DNA from: Promethearchaeota archaeon
GTDB lineage: Archaea; Asgardarchaeota; Lokiarchaeia; Sigyniarchaeales; SOKP01
NCBI GenBank assembly: GCA_016839765.1
Contig: JAEOTP010000015.1
Coordinates: forward strand, 64,001 to 128,000
Reading direction: 5' to 3'
DNA: 64,000 nt
Shown here: in pieces, positions 40,922-52,073 of the stretch
How the letters are laid out: every line of letters starts with the position of its first letter
Position numbering within the stretch: position 1 is the stretch's first letter
The notes under the pieces: generated by a model
What the model was told of the DNA's origin: nothing
Seen by the model: only the letters and a program-made list of their open reading frames with translations
Databases searched by the model: none
Position numbers and translations under genes: made by a program

Positions 40922-41002
40922 TCTATTCCTTAAATTCTCTCTTTTTTTCTTCTATCATATTATTAAATCAATTTTTTATTTCGATTATATTTAAAAAATA
41001 TT

Positions 41003-41070
41003 AGAACTCATGATTTTGGGGATGGTGAGAAATCATTTTTAAAAAAAGAGAACCCAAATTTAAAGGAAGA
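41003..41070 (+). pseudogene. Tiny remnant of an enoyl-CoA hydratase C-terminus
   Basis: RTHDFGDGEKSFL, then after a 1-nt frameshift in an A-run KREPKFKGR; resembles the crotonase tail TED..EG..AFLEKR.P.FKGR. Confidence 0.45.
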
Positions 41071-41115
41071 AAGAAAATTTATTAATAATATCTTTAAAAC
41101 TAAGAATGATTTATA

Positions 41116-42378
41116 ATGATTGTATCAAAAGAAATTCAAGATTTTTTATTAAATGATGCATTAGAAAGATTTTTAAGATATGTTAAGGTATGGACAACCT
41201 CGGATGAGAGCTCTACTTCTTTGCCATCGACAAATAATCAATTAGAACTTGCAAAAAAGTTAGTAGAAGAATTAAAACAACTTGGTTTAGAAGATGTTAT
41301 TCTAGATGAGTTGGGATTTGTTTATGCTTATCTTCCACCAAATCAAGGTTTTGAACACGCTAAGCCTATAGGTTTTTTAGCACACTTAGATACCGCCTCT
41401 AGCGTAAGTGGTAAAGACGTAAAACCTGTTATACATAGAAATTATAATGGAAGTGAAATTAAATTTGCTGCTGATAAGGAGTTACTCTTAACTACTAATG
41501 ATTCACCTCAATTAAAGGAATATATTGGTCTAGATATAATTACCACACAAGGAGATACTCTGTTAGGAGCTGATGATAAAGCTGGAATTGCTGAAATTAT
41601 AGCCGCGTGTTCCGCTTGGAAAAAATTCCCAGAATTAAAGCATGGTCCAATAATTATATGCTTTACTCCTGATGAGGAAATTGGCAAAGGTATTGATAAT
41701 ATCAATGAGAAAAAATTAGCTAAAATTTGTTATACAATAGATGGAGGAGAAATGGGAGAATTAGTATTTGAATGTTTTGATGCATGGCTCGCTACTATTA
41801 AATTTAAAGGTTTAAGTGTTCATCCGGGGTATGCTAAAAGTTTGATGATTAATACAATCCAAATTGCTAGTAGATTTTTTAGTGAACTTCCTGAATCTGA
41901 ATCACCTGAGCATACAGAAAATAGAGAAGGTTATTTTTATTTAACAAGATTGCAAGGAACAACTGAGGAATCAAATGCGCGGTTATTAATTAGAGATTTT
42001 GAACAAAAAAATAACCAGAGACGAGTTGATTATCTAAAAAATTTAAAAAAGACTTATGAAATACGCTATCCTGGTTTAGTTATCGAAATAGATTTTCTTC
42101 ATCAATATGAAAATATGTTAAAATTTATAGAAAAGAAACCAATTATTGTTAATTTAGCTAAAAAAGCAATTGAAAAAACAGGGTTAAAAGTAAAACTTCA
42201 ACCAATAAGAGGAGGAACAGATGGAGCTCGATTGAGTGCAAAAGGAATTCTTACGCCAAACATTTTTACAGGAGGATTATTTGCTCACTCCAGAAAAGAA
42301 TATATACCAACTCTAGCCTTACAGAAAACTGCTGAAGTTATACTTTATTTAGCTGAATTATGGACTGAAGATCAATGA
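41116..42378 (+). CDS. pepT: Peptidase T (M20B tripeptidase)
   Basis: RFLRYVK, AHLDT, LLGADDKAG, FTPDEEIG, VHPGYAK, PIRGGTDG, PNIFTGG...HS..E. Confidence 0.95.
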   Translation: MIVSKEIQDFLLNDALERFLRYVKVWTTSDESSTSLPSTNNQLELAKKLVEELKQLGLEDVILDELGFVYAYLPPNQGFEHAKPIGFLAHLDTASSVSGKDVKPVIHRNYNGSEIKFAADKELLLTTNDSPQLKEYIGLDIITTQGDTLLGADDKAGIAEIIAACSAWKKFPELKHGPIIICFTPDEEIGKGIDNINEKKLAKICYTIDGGEMGELVFECFDAWLATIKFKGLSVHPGYAKSLMINTIQIASRFFSELPESESPEHTENREGYFYLTRLQGTTEESNARLLIRDFEQKNNQRRVDYLKNLKKTYEIRYPGLVIEIDFLHQYENMLKFIEKKPIIVNLAKKAIEKTGLKVKLQPIRGGTDGARLSAKGILTPNIFTGGLFAHSRKEYIPTLALQKTAEVILYLAELWTEDQ

Positions 42379-42398
42379 AAATAGAAAAAATTATTTTA

Positions 42399-43622
42399 TT
42401 ATTCTCCTTTCTTAATAATTTTAGAGAAATCTGTAAGGACAAATATTATAATACAGATAAATAATAGAATTGATATATATATAAATGCCCATGTAAAAGA
42501 AAATATATCATAAATTAAGCCAAAAATTAGAGATTCTGCCAAAGATATAAGGCCTACTGAGAGATAATAATATCCATAAGCACGTCCCCTTTTTTTCTTA
42601 CCTGATAAATCTGCAATATAAGCTCTTGAAATTGGATCTACAGAGGCTAAATAATATCCGTATACAATGAAAATGATAAATATCAATATTATTGAAAGAA
42701 AAGAAATTTCAATAGGAAAAGCCAAAAGAATACAGGAGATTAATAATACCGACAAACCAATTATAATAATTGGTTTACGACCAATTTTATCAGAAAAAGT
42801 TCCGGTTATAGGAGAAAAGAATGCATAAACAACATTGCTAATTAAGTATAAGATAGGAATAAAAGAAATTCCTGGGATGTAATTTAAAGCTCTGATTTGG
42901 AGGAATGCGATATCTAAGCTAGCAAATTCAATAACTCCTAAAACAATAATTAATTTAATAAAATTTCTATCAATTTTTTCATCTTTAGGTTTTTCTTCCT
43001 TAAAACCTAAAATTTTATCAATTTCATTAGGATCGACATCTTTTACTGTAAATATCAAAGCAATTGCCAGAACACCCGGTACGATTGAAAAATATATAAT
43101 TTGTGAAAGTGACCATGTTAAATATATGAAAATAAATGCTAAAAGTGAACCTATTACTGCGCCTAATGTATCCATTGCCCTATGTAAACCAAATGTTTTA
43201 CCCCTATCAATAGCATAGTAAGATATGAGGGTGTCTCTTGAAGAAGTTCTGATTCCCTTTCCAAAACGATCAATAGATTTTAATCCTAACACAAATTCCC
43301 ATGATGGACTCAAACCGATAAGAGGTTTGGATAAATTAGAGAGGGTATACCCGGCAACAACAAAAGGTTTCCTTCTATTTATCTTGTCACTTAACCACCC
43401 TGTAATACCTTTTAAAATATTTGAAATGGCAATAGTAACACCTGAAATTAAGCCAATAATTACAACAGTCCCCCCAATTTCCCGAATAAATAATGGCAGG
43501 ATACTTTGGATCATTTCACTTGAAATATCTGTGAATAAAGACACCAATCCCATGATAAATACTTGAACAGAGACTCCCAGAATTAACTTTTGTGAACGAT
43601 GAGAATTATTCCCTTGTGCCAT
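42399..43622 (-). CDS. MFS transporter
   Basis: SLFTDISSEM, G.LSDKI.RRK, DRFGKGIRT..RD, FGLHRAMDT.GAV.G; 12-TM pattern. Confidence 0.92.
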   Translation of the reverse strand: MAQGNNSHRSQKLILGVSVQVFIMGLVSLFTDISSEMIQSILPLFIREIGGTVVIIGLISGVTIAISNILKGITGWLSDKINRRKPFVVAGYTLSNLSKPLIGLSPSWEFVLGLKSIDRFGKGIRTSSRDTLISYYAIDRGKTFGLHRAMDTLGAVIGSLLAFIFIYLTWSLSQIIYFSIVPGVLAIALIFTVKDVDPNEIDKILGFKEEKPKDEKIDRNFIKLIIVLGVIEFASLDIAFLQIRALNYIPGISFIPILYLISNVVYAFFSPITGTFSDKIGRKPIIIIGLSVLLISCILLAFPIEISFLSIILIFIIFIVYGYYLASVDPISRAYIADLSGKKKRGRAYGYYYLSVGLISLAESLIFGLIYDIFSFTWAFIYISILLFICIIIFVLTDFSKIIKKGE

Positions 43623-43680
43623 TTTTAGTAACTTTTTTTATTAGAATAAATATATTAAAAATAATTGAAAAAAAAAAATT

Positions 43681-44316
43681 ATGATTCCAATGTCTGAAAA
43701 AAATACTTTAATGATTATTGATGGAACGCTTAAAAGTGTAGAAGACAATTTTAAACAATTTATTGATGTTTTGGAAACCGCAAAGAATGAGTTAATTAAT
43801 TTTGAAGAGGCTACTAAACTGCTAGAAACTGAAAAGCTAGCACTGGAGCGAGAAAAAGCAGAATTAGAACTAGAAAAGCAAAAGTTAGAAGCTGAAAAGG
43901 CAGAAAAAGAACAAAAAATAGGGGAATTAACGAGTGAACAGTTACGATTATTAGATGAATATAAGAATTTAAAAATTGAATTAAAAAAATTTATGAAAAT
44001 TGCTCAGGATCAAGAAGAATCTGAATATAATTTTGATAGAATTAAAGCTTTATTATCCATTACTATGTTACTAATACAGGAAATATGGCAGGGCCAGCCT
44101 CATTATAGAATTCTATTGACACTCCATGGTGATAAAGAAGAAATGACACGCGAAGAAATAAAAAATACTACTGGGATTTCTGGAGCAATGGTTCTAAGGG
44201 CTGTTCATGAATTAGCAAATATAGATGTATTGCAATACGATGAGGAAAAATCTCTCGTTAAATTGAAAAGAAGACTATTTGCAAAAAAAGCTTTAGAAAA
44301 AAAACCAGAACAATAA
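43681..44316 (+). CDS. Coiled-coil protein with C-terminal winged helix
   Basis: LE.EK heptad repeats, then P.YRIL..LHG....MTREEIKNTTGISGA.V..A..EL. Confidence 0.75.
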   Translation: MIPMSEKNTLMIIDGTLKSVEDNFKQFIDVLETAKNELINFEEATKLLETEKLALEREKAELELEKQKLEAEKAEKEQKIGELTSEQLRLLDEYKNLKIELKKFMKIAQDQEESEYNFDRIKALLSITMLLIQEIWQGQPHYRILLTLHGDKEEMTREEIKNTTGISGAMVLRAVHELANIDVLQYDEEKSLVKLKRRLFAKKALEKKPEQ

Positions 44317-44345
44317 AAAATTTCTTTCTTTTATTTAAGGATTTA

Positions 44346-45410
44346 TTATTTTACTATTACCATCTCATGCAAGGTATTTCCCTGTTCTTTGTAACGCGTA
44401 CCATTATGAGTCAATTTTATCTCAAAATCTGAATTGAATCTGAAATATCCTGGGTTTAGTTTTAAAATATTTTTTGCTAAAAACCGTAATATAGGATTAA
44501 ATTCGGAAAGTAAATGATCAGCATCAATAATTTCATTAACATTGAGAATAATTTCATTTTGTTCAGAAAGTTTGAACTTTAAAGTTTTGGGATAATTATT
44601 TCTTGCTTTTTCATTATATTGAAAATTTTCTTCTATCAATTCATATTCACCTGTGCTAAGAAGGATATCCTCATTTTTTGCGAGCATAAAAACTTTAATA
44701 GCATAGTCATCCATTTTCTTATTACATTTAATATGTGCATATATGATAGTAAAATTTTCTGAATAAACACGCCCCCAATGCCAATAATCAACAACTTTAA
44801 TAAGATTAAAATTAATCCAGTTGTGGTCGTGGTACCCAATCCCTTTCACTGATATTGTCTTACTATGTATTTTAATTGTTCCTTCTACTCTTGCTCTTGG
44901 TAAAGGTATAACCCATCCAAATTCACCTAAAGTACCAAATAGAGTATATCCACTACCAGGCATCCATCCAGGAACTTGAGCAGTGTATTTTAAATGCAAA
45001 CCAAATTCACCTTCATCTATAAGTATTTCATAAGCAGGGAATTTCTCATTTGAATAATCAACTTTTATATAATTATTTCCAATTCGCACATCTGCGATTT
45101 CACGAGACACTTTCAAATCAGAACGGCTATAATTGTATACATTTTGTATTTTTTCTCCATTGGGTTTATAGATTGTGATTTCTACCCCAGTTTTCCCTGT
45201 ACGTTCATGTTTTGCTCGAAAAAACCCAACCACAGTATAGCCTCCTTCAAGTCGAGCATCAAAATACCACCATTCAGTATTCCCTCTTTTTTTCATATTA
45301 ATATGCAAAGCATCAAATTCGGGTTTAAAGACAGCTATACTTTTGTCTTTTCTTCCTGGTCCAGACCATGCTTCAAGTACTTTAGGCTTATTATTTTTCT
45401 TTTTTCCCAA
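44346..45410 (-). CDS. Lipocalin-fold CrtC/AttH (hydroxyneurosporene synthase/tocopherol cyclase-like) protein
   Basis: EWWYFDA, W...PRA.V.G, G.GYHDHNW, W.WGR motifs. Confidence 0.8.
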   Translation of the reverse strand: MGKKKNNKPKVLEAWSGPGRKDKSIAVFKPEFDALHINMKKRGNTEWWYFDARLEGGYTVVGFFRAKHERTGKTGVEITIYKPNGEKIQNVYNYSRSDLKVSREIADVRIGNNYIKVDYSNEKFPAYEILIDEGEFGLHLKYTAQVPGWMPGSGYTLFGTLGEFGWVIPLPRARVEGTIKIHSKTISVKGIGYHDHNWINFNLIKVVDYWHWGRVYSENFTIIYAHIKCNKKMDDYAIKVFMLAKNEDILLSTGEYELIEENFQYNEKARNNYPKTLKFKLSEQNEIILNVNEIIDADHLLSEFNPILRFLAKNILKLNPGYFRFNSDFEIKLTHNGTRYKEQGNTLHEMVIVK

Positions 45411-45449
45411 TTTTTATACACCTTTAGTTATTATTTAATTAAAAAAATC

Positions 45450-45866
45450 TTACTTTTTTATAAGTTCAAAAATTTTTAGTAGAGAGAGTAATTTCAAAAT
45501 CCCCTTCATTTTCACTTTTCCTAATAACCAGCTACTTACTATATTTAATAAGGAAATTCTATCCATTGCTAGCGCGAGAAATATTTGTGAGTCCATAGAG
45601 ATAAAACCATCCCATCCAATAATTTTCTTCTTCAAATTAGATTTGGGTTTATTTGGAATACTTTCAACCTTTAGACGCCCCTCATTGATAGTTACTAGTG
45701 CGGCATGATTTAAATTAGAAGCATTGATTAGATATTTTTTCTTAACATTTTTGAACTTTTTTTGGAATTCTCGATTCTCATTTAGAGGTTCCATTATATT
45801 TTTTATAAGTCCTGCAAATCCTCTTGCTTCTGGATTAATTAATTCATTTTTATTCATTTGTTTCAC
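45450..45866 (-). CDS. SCP2 sterol/lipid-carrier-like protein
   Basis: Small alpha/beta protein ending FL.LA.......W..GKVKMKG..KL, the SCP2 tail pattern. Confidence 0.7.
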   Translation of the reverse strand: MKQMNKNELINPEARGFAGLIKNIMEPLNENREFQKKFKNVKKKYLINASNLNHAALVTINEGRLKVESIPNKPKSNLKKKIIGWDGFISMDSQIFLALAMDRISLLNIVSSWLLGKVKMKGILKLLSLLKIFELIKK

Positions 45867-45885
45867 TTACTTTATATTTTACTTT

Positions 45886-47445
45886 TTATTTTGCAGAAAT
45901 ATAAAATCCCGAATCGGCAATTCCATTCGGATCAAAAGCTTTCTTTATTTTTCTTAACCATTTATGATAATCCATCATATGTGGACCAAACTTATCATGC
46001 ATCCTATCACCTTCTACGAAAAATGGAGCTCCAAGATGTTTGATTAAATCAAATTGATAGTTTTCTTCCATATTTTCAGCCATTCCCTTAACGCTTTTCT
46101 CAGTGGTTTGATCAAACAATGTAGGAGATTCAACATGGAAATAATGTCCTGATTCGTAGGAAGTCATCCATACACCCTCTCCAAAATCATTTGCAATTAC
46201 TCCTTTCTTTATATATTTCTTTTTTAAAGGGATACTCATTTTGGTAGTATTTAAACACAATGGTGCTGAGTCGCATTGACCCTTCGAGGATTGAAAACCT
46301 CCTGTTGCGATAAATCCGTGAAGACCTAAATTTGAACGTAATGCTTCTGCATAAAATAAGGAATTGGGAGTATATTTAGTTCCAATTATATTTTCTAATT
46401 TAAATTCTGCCATTATCTTATTCATTACTTTTTGCTTATATTCAAATTCACGACTAGTTCTTGCTGCTATGACTATTACCAAGGGTGCGTGGGTACTAGC
46501 GATTGGGATTTTATCCATTAATGATTCAATACTATTAGAAAATATTGCTCCTAAACCATAACCTGATAAATGACTACAAATGAATGAGATTTCCTCCTCT
46601 TCAACCGCTAAAAAGACTTTTTCAAGATATTTATAGTTTTTACAATCCATAACGTATAATTTCATAAAATCAGGAATTTCAAATTCATAATTAGGAGAAA
46701 TTCCTTTTAATTTAAACTTGGTACTGCATGGATACGGAAAGAGTTTAAAAGCAACCTTTGTAAACACACCTATACCTGATTTTGCTCCCGCCCAACCACG
46801 CATAATTCCTCGCAAACTTGGTCCCGGCCCGTCTCCACTAAACCAATCGGGATGGTTTTTAAGGCCAGTAGACCCTAACCTTAAGATTTCTCCATCAGGT
46901 AATACCCATTCAACACCTAAAACATTTCGAGCACTGTGTCCTGTGTGAGGAGAGGTAAATCCTGGTCCATTCATGCTAGTAGCGCTAGCTAAGGGTGAAA
47001 CTTGAGGTCCTGCTCCCGGCATATGAACAGTTAAATCATATTTCATAGTTTCTGCTTGTAATTGTGCGCCACTTACATACGGCTCAACAACAGCATAAAG
47101 ATTTTTATCATCAATTTTTACAATCTTATTCATTCTTCGTAAATCAAGAATAATGCAATTTTCTGATGATGGTTGATTCCATGGACCGAGTCCAGTAGAT
47201 TGAGCTTTAAATTGAATATGATATTTATTACAGAGTTTAACAATTTGTTGAACTTCTTCTACACTAGAAGGTAATATTATGGCTTTTGGAATAGGAGAAA
47301 AAGGAATAGGCTCTTTTTCTTCCATACAATTTACTAATTCCATACACCAATTATATGCATATGCATTTGTCATTACTTCACTATCATCTATGTTTTCTGG
47401 ACCAACTAAGTTTTGAAATTGTTCTAATATCTGTTTTTTTAACAT
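45886..47445 (-). CDS. FAD-binding oxidoreductase (VAO/PCMH, GlcD-like)
   Basis: P..IILP.SVEEVQ.IVKLCN, LDLRRMNKI, AVVEP.V, LGVEWVLPDGE, GVFTK, KIKKAFDPN. Confidence 0.88.
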   Translation of the reverse strand: MLKKQILEQFQNLVGPENIDDSEVMTNAYAYNWCMELVNCMEEKEPIPFSPIPKAIILPSSVEEVQQIVKLCNKYHIQFKAQSTGLGPWNQPSSENCIILDLRRMNKIVKIDDKNLYAVVEPYVSGAQLQAETMKYDLTVHMPGAGPQVSPLASATSMNGPGFTSPHTGHSARNVLGVEWVLPDGEILRLGSTGLKNHPDWFSGDGPGPSLRGIMRGWAGAKSGIGVFTKVAFKLFPYPCSTKFKLKGISPNYEFEIPDFMKLYVMDCKNYKYLEKVFLAVEEEEISFICSHLSGYGLGAIFSNSIESLMDKIPIASTHAPLVIVIAARTSREFEYKQKVMNKIMAEFKLENIIGTKYTPNSLFYAEALRSNLGLHGFIATGGFQSSKGQCDSAPLCLNTTKMSIPLKKKYIKKGVIANDFGEGVWMTSYESGHYFHVESPTLFDQTTEKSVKGMAENMEENYQFDLIKHLGAPFFVEGDRMHDKFGPHMMDYHKWLRKIKKAFDPNGIADSGFYISAK

Positions 47446-47447
47446 GA

Positions 47448-48767
47448 TTATGCTACCTCTGCTAATACGTGTTTCAATTTTTCAGGTTCTAAGCCCAAGG
47501 CCATTAATATTAATTCACTAATATCATAATATTTTAATTTTGAACCGCTCTCACTTATTCCATCTTGTAAATTTGTAGAGCAAAATGGACAAGCAGATAA
47601 TATAACATCAGCTCCAGTATCTTCCGCCTCTTCTATTCTTATTTTTGCGGTATTAAGTGCCATTTCAGGAAATGCGGATTTTACGCCTGCTCCAGCTCCA
47701 CAACAGTAAGCATATTCTCTAATTCTTTCCATTTCTATAAATTTTAATCCAGGAATTTTTTTTAGGATGTTTCTAGGAGGATCGTAGATACCAGCTTTAC
47801 CAGTACGTTTGGGTTTAGGAGGTATGTTAATAGATATTAAAGGTATTAATTTAACCTCTTCTCCATCCCATTGTTCATATCTCTCTGCATTCCTTCCTAA
47901 ATGGCAGGGATCATGATAAGTTGCTGATATTGGTATTTCTTTAGTTAACTTTAATTTACCCGCTTCAAGTAACTCATTAAAGAATTCTACAGTATGACAC
48001 ACTTTAAAATCATAATCTCGATATAAGGGATAATCAACCTTGAAAGTATCGTAACATCCTGCACAGCTGAATACAACTGTTTCTATTCCTTTTGATTCAA
48101 TGATATCGACATTCTTATTTAGAAACTCTTGAAAAGTATGGATTTCACCGGTTCTTAATATTGGACTACCGCAGCAATATTCTTCGTCTTGTAAAATACG
48201 AAATGCTACTCCTGCTGCGTTCATTATTCTAGCTGCAGCTATTGCCATTTCTTTTCTCCTATATGATGATGTACATCCAATGTAATAGAGTAATTTGGCA
48301 TTAGGATCAATTTTAATATCATCAGGGAGCCACTTCATTCTATTTTCATGCGGTTCGCTATATGGATTGTTAACATTTTTAACTGCGTCGGTATAGGCTT
48401 TCTGTTTTGGCATTGGACCACAACCAGCTTCAACTAATTTCTCCCTTAGTCTCATTATTATTTCAAGTGGTTCTAATGTATTAAGAAATTTACAAGCAAT
48501 AGCACAATTACCACATTCAGTACATTTATATACGATATCACGTAGTTCCTCAGAGGGTTTAATTCTGCCCATTTCTAACGCTAGAGCTAAAATAATCTTT
48601 CCACCTCCACTATAAGGATGATAATTATAAAGATCAATAGCAGGGCAAGCTGTTGCATACTTTTGACTCTTAATTTGGACTTGAGGAATCCATTTACAAA
48701 TAGAACAGCGCAAACAACGTTTTATCATTTTTTGATATTCTTTTTCATCCATCTTTATCCTATTCAT
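47448..48767 (-). CDS. Fe-S oxidoreductase with CCG domains (GlpC/GlcF/HdrD-like)
   Basis: CLRCSIC, CTECGNCAIAC, YIGC, EYCCG, CAGC, YHDPCHLGR, CCGAGAG, ACPFC. Confidence 0.92.
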   Translation of the reverse strand: MNRIKMDEKEYQKMIKRCLRCSICKWIPQVQIKSQKYATACPAIDLYNYHPYSGGGKIILALALEMGRIKPSEELRDIVYKCTECGNCAIACKFLNTLEPLEIIMRLREKLVEAGCGPMPKQKAYTDAVKNVNNPYSEPHENRMKWLPDDIKIDPNAKLLYYIGCTSSYRRKEMAIAAARIMNAAGVAFRILQDEEYCCGSPILRTGEIHTFQEFLNKNVDIIESKGIETVVFSCAGCYDTFKVDYPLYRDYDFKVCHTVEFFNELLEAGKLKLTKEIPISATYHDPCHLGRNAERYEQWDGEEVKLIPLISINIPPKPKRTGKAGIYDPPRNILKKIPGLKFIEMERIREYAYCCGAGAGVKSAFPEMALNTAKIRIEEAEDTGADVILSACPFCSTNLQDGISESGSKLKYYDISELILMALGLEPEKLKHVLAEVA

Positions 48768-48794
48768 TTTCTTTTTTTTTGATAAAATCTAGAA

Positions 48795-50264
48795 TTAATC
48801 ATCAAAACAGAGAACCCCGGGATTTAAAACATTATTTGGGTCAAAAATACGTTTAATTTTTTTTAAAGCTATCGATGTTTGTTCAATATGTCTTGAATAC
48901 ATTTCTTTTGCCCAATAACCATATGGGCGATTAAAGAACGCTCCAGAATCCATTAAATCAATGCTAATTTCTGAGAATTTCCTTTTGATTTCATTTAATT
49001 TAATATCATTGTTTGGATCGTAAAAATAATCAAATTCACAATGGTATGAAGTCCCTTGATTAATAGGTTGAATATATATACCTAAATCTTCAGAGTAATT
49101 AGATTCTACCATCAAGATATAATTAGAGATATTCTCAAAATTACTAAGAAAGAAAAGATCTTGATAATAACCTTTATATCTCGTTCTCCATGGTTTTGAA
49201 GTAGATTCATTTACACACCTTAAAATAACGTCGGAATTAATTAGATCAGATTTCTCTAAATGGACCAAATTAGATTCTCTTATAAGATCATTAATATCTC
49301 CTTCAAGATAATCCAATTTATCCTCAGCCAAATCTCCTCTCCCAGATATTATAAAAATCATATTCCATTTTAAAAGAGATTTGGCTAAATTTTCTATTTC
49401 TTCACTTGTGTTTCTAACTAAACTTGCTAAATTTAAATTATTTAAAATAAAAGTTTCATCACATAATCTATACTTTGCTAGTTGTTTTTGAAAATTTAAT
49501 AATTCTTCAATATTATTCGATTGATAATGGAATACTTTTTGGATTGTAGGAATTAATTCTAATTTCAAAGTAGCCCATGTGACAACTCCTAAACTACCTT
49601 GTGCTCCTTGTATCACTCTAAAGGGGCTAAATTGTGTAGGTCCCATAGGATTCAATTGAGCTTGCCCAGCTTTTCGTTGCTGAGAGATTGTTCCTGGTCC
49701 TGCAGCTGTTCCCGTTCTAAACAAATCTCCTGTGCCAAAAACGACTTCCGTACACAACAATGGATCTGAGCTATCCCAATGATAACGAGGGATAACGATA
49801 GGTTCCCTTTCTAGTGCGCTTGTAAGTACTGATTTTGTTCCAGTAGGATAGAGCGGTAATAATAATCTCAAACCTTTTTGCTTAAGTTTAGGGATTAGAT
49901 CTCTAAAAGTAACGCCTGGTTCAATCATAACAACACGATTTTTCTTATCAAGGGAAATTATTTTATTCATCTTAGATAAATTAATAATAACACAATTATC
50001 TTTCCTAGGAACTGTATCTCCATGTTGCTTAAGTTTAGAGCTTGAGCTTACAGGAATGATATAAAAATTCATTTGATTGGCTAATTTTAAAATTTTTAAT
50101 ATTTCTTGCGTTTTAGACGGCCAAATAACAAATTTTGGCACTTCTCCCATAAAAAAACTCATATCTGTAGAATATTCCTTTAAAATCTCTGGATTATTTG
50201 TAATTTTTTTAGAACCGCAGATTTTAGCTAATTGTTGAGATAAAATAAGCTCGCTTATCTTCAT
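48795..50264 (-). CDS. FAD-binding oxidoreductase (VAO/PCMH family, second subunit)
   Basis: P..VIWP, INLSKMNKI, IEPGVTF, EVVFGTG..FRTG, GAQGSLGVVTW, KKIKRIFDPNNVLNPG. Confidence 0.88.
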   Translation of the reverse strand: MKISELILSQQLAKICGSKKITNNPEILKEYSTDMSFFMGEVPKFVIWPSKTQEILKILKLANQMNFYIIPVSSSSKLKQHGDTVPRKDNCVIINLSKMNKIISLDKKNRVVMIEPGVTFRDLIPKLKQKGLRLLLPLYPTGTKSVLTSALEREPIVIPRYHWDSSDPLLCTEVVFGTGDLFRTGTAAGPGTISQQRKAGQAQLNPMGPTQFSPFRVIQGAQGSLGVVTWATLKLELIPTIQKVFHYQSNNIEELLNFQKQLAKYRLCDETFILNNLNLASLVRNTSEEIENLAKSLLKWNMIFIISGRGDLAEDKLDYLEGDINDLIRESNLVHLEKSDLINSDVILRCVNESTSKPWRTRYKGYYQDLFFLSNFENISNYILMVESNYSEDLGIYIQPINQGTSYHCEFDYFYDPNNDIKLNEIKRKFSEISIDLMDSGAFFNRPYGYWAKEMYSRHIEQTSIALKKIKRIFDPNNVLNPGVLCFDD

Positions 50265-50400
50265 AACATCCCCTTTAAAGTGCAATAACTAACAACATTT
50301 TTTAATCAATAAAGATGTTTTGATTACTATAATTAAGTGAATTTTATATATAGATTAAATCTAATTCTTTTTATACTAAAAAAATGTGGGTGGAAAATGA

Positions 50401-51807
50401 TTGAAAACTTATGACTTAATTATTGTTGGTGCTGGACCTGGTGGTTCTATGGCAGCTAAAACTGCTGCTGAAAATGGGCTTAAAACAATATTTTTTGAAA
50501 GAGGTAGAAAGCCTGGTGAAAAGAATTCTTCTGGTTGTGGATTAGGACCACGTATGTGGAAACAATTCCCATCCATGATGAAAGATTTAACTCCAGAAAA
50601 ATGTCCTTCTCTGAGAGCAGGAGCAGCGGCTAGAAATTATTTCATTAATGAAGAAGGCATAGTTGTTGGCTATGTTATGACGCGTCCAACTGAATCAGTA
50701 TCTTATGAACCGGCCAAAAGCTGGATTACAATGAATTGTTATAGAAGCGAATTTGACCCATGGATTGCTGAATTTGCTACTTATGCAGGTGCTGAGTTAA
50801 AAAATTCAACTCTAATTGTGAATCTCTTAAAAAAAGATGGAAACATTTGTGGGGTGGTTGATGAACACGGAGAAAAATATAAAGCACCTATTGTTATTGG
50901 AGCAGATGGTGCTGTTTCAATGGTTGCGAAACAGAGCGGTTTAAGGACAAGATGGGCTCAGGATCAAATTACAGTTACTCCCCAATATGATTTTTTTGCT
51001 CCCCCAAATAAAATTGATGATATTATGGGAGATGAAGCACTTGCTGTTTGGTGGTCTGCAATATTCCCCGCATCATATCAAGTTTTCTTTCATGATGGTT
51101 TTCATCAAGGTTTAGGAAATTGGTTGAATAAATGGGATAAGAATCCGTTATTTTATCTAAATCGTGTTATAAACCTGAAATATTATCAAAGATTATTAAA
51201 AATTCTAGATGCTAAACCAAGAGAACTACAATCGCATCTTCTTCCTTGGTTAAAATATCCCTACAACACACACACCGATGGTGTTATTTTAATTGGAGAT
51301 GCTGGCGGATTTCCTTGCCCTCTCGAAGCTGAAGGAATTTATCCTGCAATGGTGACAGGAAAAATTGCAGCAGAAGTTGCTGCTGAAGCAATTACATCTG
51401 AAGATATCTCAAAAAGTGCCCTCTCCAAATTTGATGAAATGTGGAAAAAAACAAGTGTTGGGGAAGAATTTGAAGCGGGAGAGGAATTATATAATATCTG
51501 GAAAGCATTGCCCTTTAGTCCTAAGGAGACGATGAGTTGGTTTGTACCGATGTTCATGGAAGTAATGGGAGGGATTTATGATTGGTCCCAGCCACACGCG
51601 AAGCGGGTTCGCCAGATTGCTGCTCATGTCAAATCATATATGCCAAAAGCTTTACCGTTCATTATGAAATATGTATTTCCTCTAGTGGCAAAAATATTTG
51701 AGAATGATCTTGATAAAATAATGGACCCCCAGAAGTTAATGTCTGTAATTCCAAAAATTATGGATTTGCTCCCGAAAAAGAAAAAGCAAAGGAGGGAAAA
51801 ATTATGA
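50401..51807 (+). CDS. FixC/geranylgeranyl-reductase-family flavoprotein (TTG start)
   Basis: YDLIIVGAGPGGS.AA, ERG..PGEKN, R..FD.W.A, VIGADG, LIGDAGG.....AEGI..A...G..AAE. Confidence 0.85.
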   Translation: MKTYDLIIVGAGPGGSMAAKTAAENGLKTIFFERGRKPGEKNSSGCGLGPRMWKQFPSMMKDLTPEKCPSLRAGAAARNYFINEEGIVVGYVMTRPTESVSYEPAKSWITMNCYRSEFDPWIAEFATYAGAELKNSTLIVNLLKKDGNICGVVDEHGEKYKAPIVIGADGAVSMVAKQSGLRTRWAQDQITVTPQYDFFAPPNKIDDIMGDEALAVWWSAIFPASYQVFFHDGFHQGLGNWLNKWDKNPLFYLNRVINLKYYQRLLKILDAKPRELQSHLLPWLKYPYNTHTDGVILIGDAGGFPCPLEAEGIYPAMVTGKIAAEVAAEAITSEDISKSALSKFDEMWKKTSVGEEFEAGEELYNIWKALPFSPKETMSWFVPMFMEVMGGIYDWSQPHAKRVRQIAAHVKSYMPKALPFIMKYVFPLVAKIFENDLDKIMDPQKLMSVIPKIMDLLPKKKKQRREKL

Positions 51808-52073
51808 AGATTGAAATTGATGGATTAACGAAACATATTCTAGGAACTGGTGATTTTATTTCAATCGATATTAGTAAATGTAATAATTGCGGTAGTTGTA
51901 TTCTTGTTTGTCTGGTAAATTTATGGGGTAGAAAAGATAATAGGATATATATTTCAGAGGATTATAAAGAGAAATGTTTAGAATGCGCTGCTTGTTATCA
52001 GGTTTGCGATGCTGGTGCTATAAGTTTCCAGTATCCAGCGGGTGGTACAGGAGTGATTTATGAAAAAGGCTAA
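51804..52073 (+). CDS. Ferredoxin, FixX-like
   Basis: CNNCGSC...C, CLECAAC..VC and FixX-type tail YPAGG.GV.Y..G; ATGA overlap with the upstream gene. Confidence 0.85.
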   Translation: MKIEIDGLTKHILGTGDFISIDISKCNNCGSCILVCLVNLWGRKDNRIYISEDYKEKCLECAACYQVCDAGAISFQYPAGGTGVIYEKG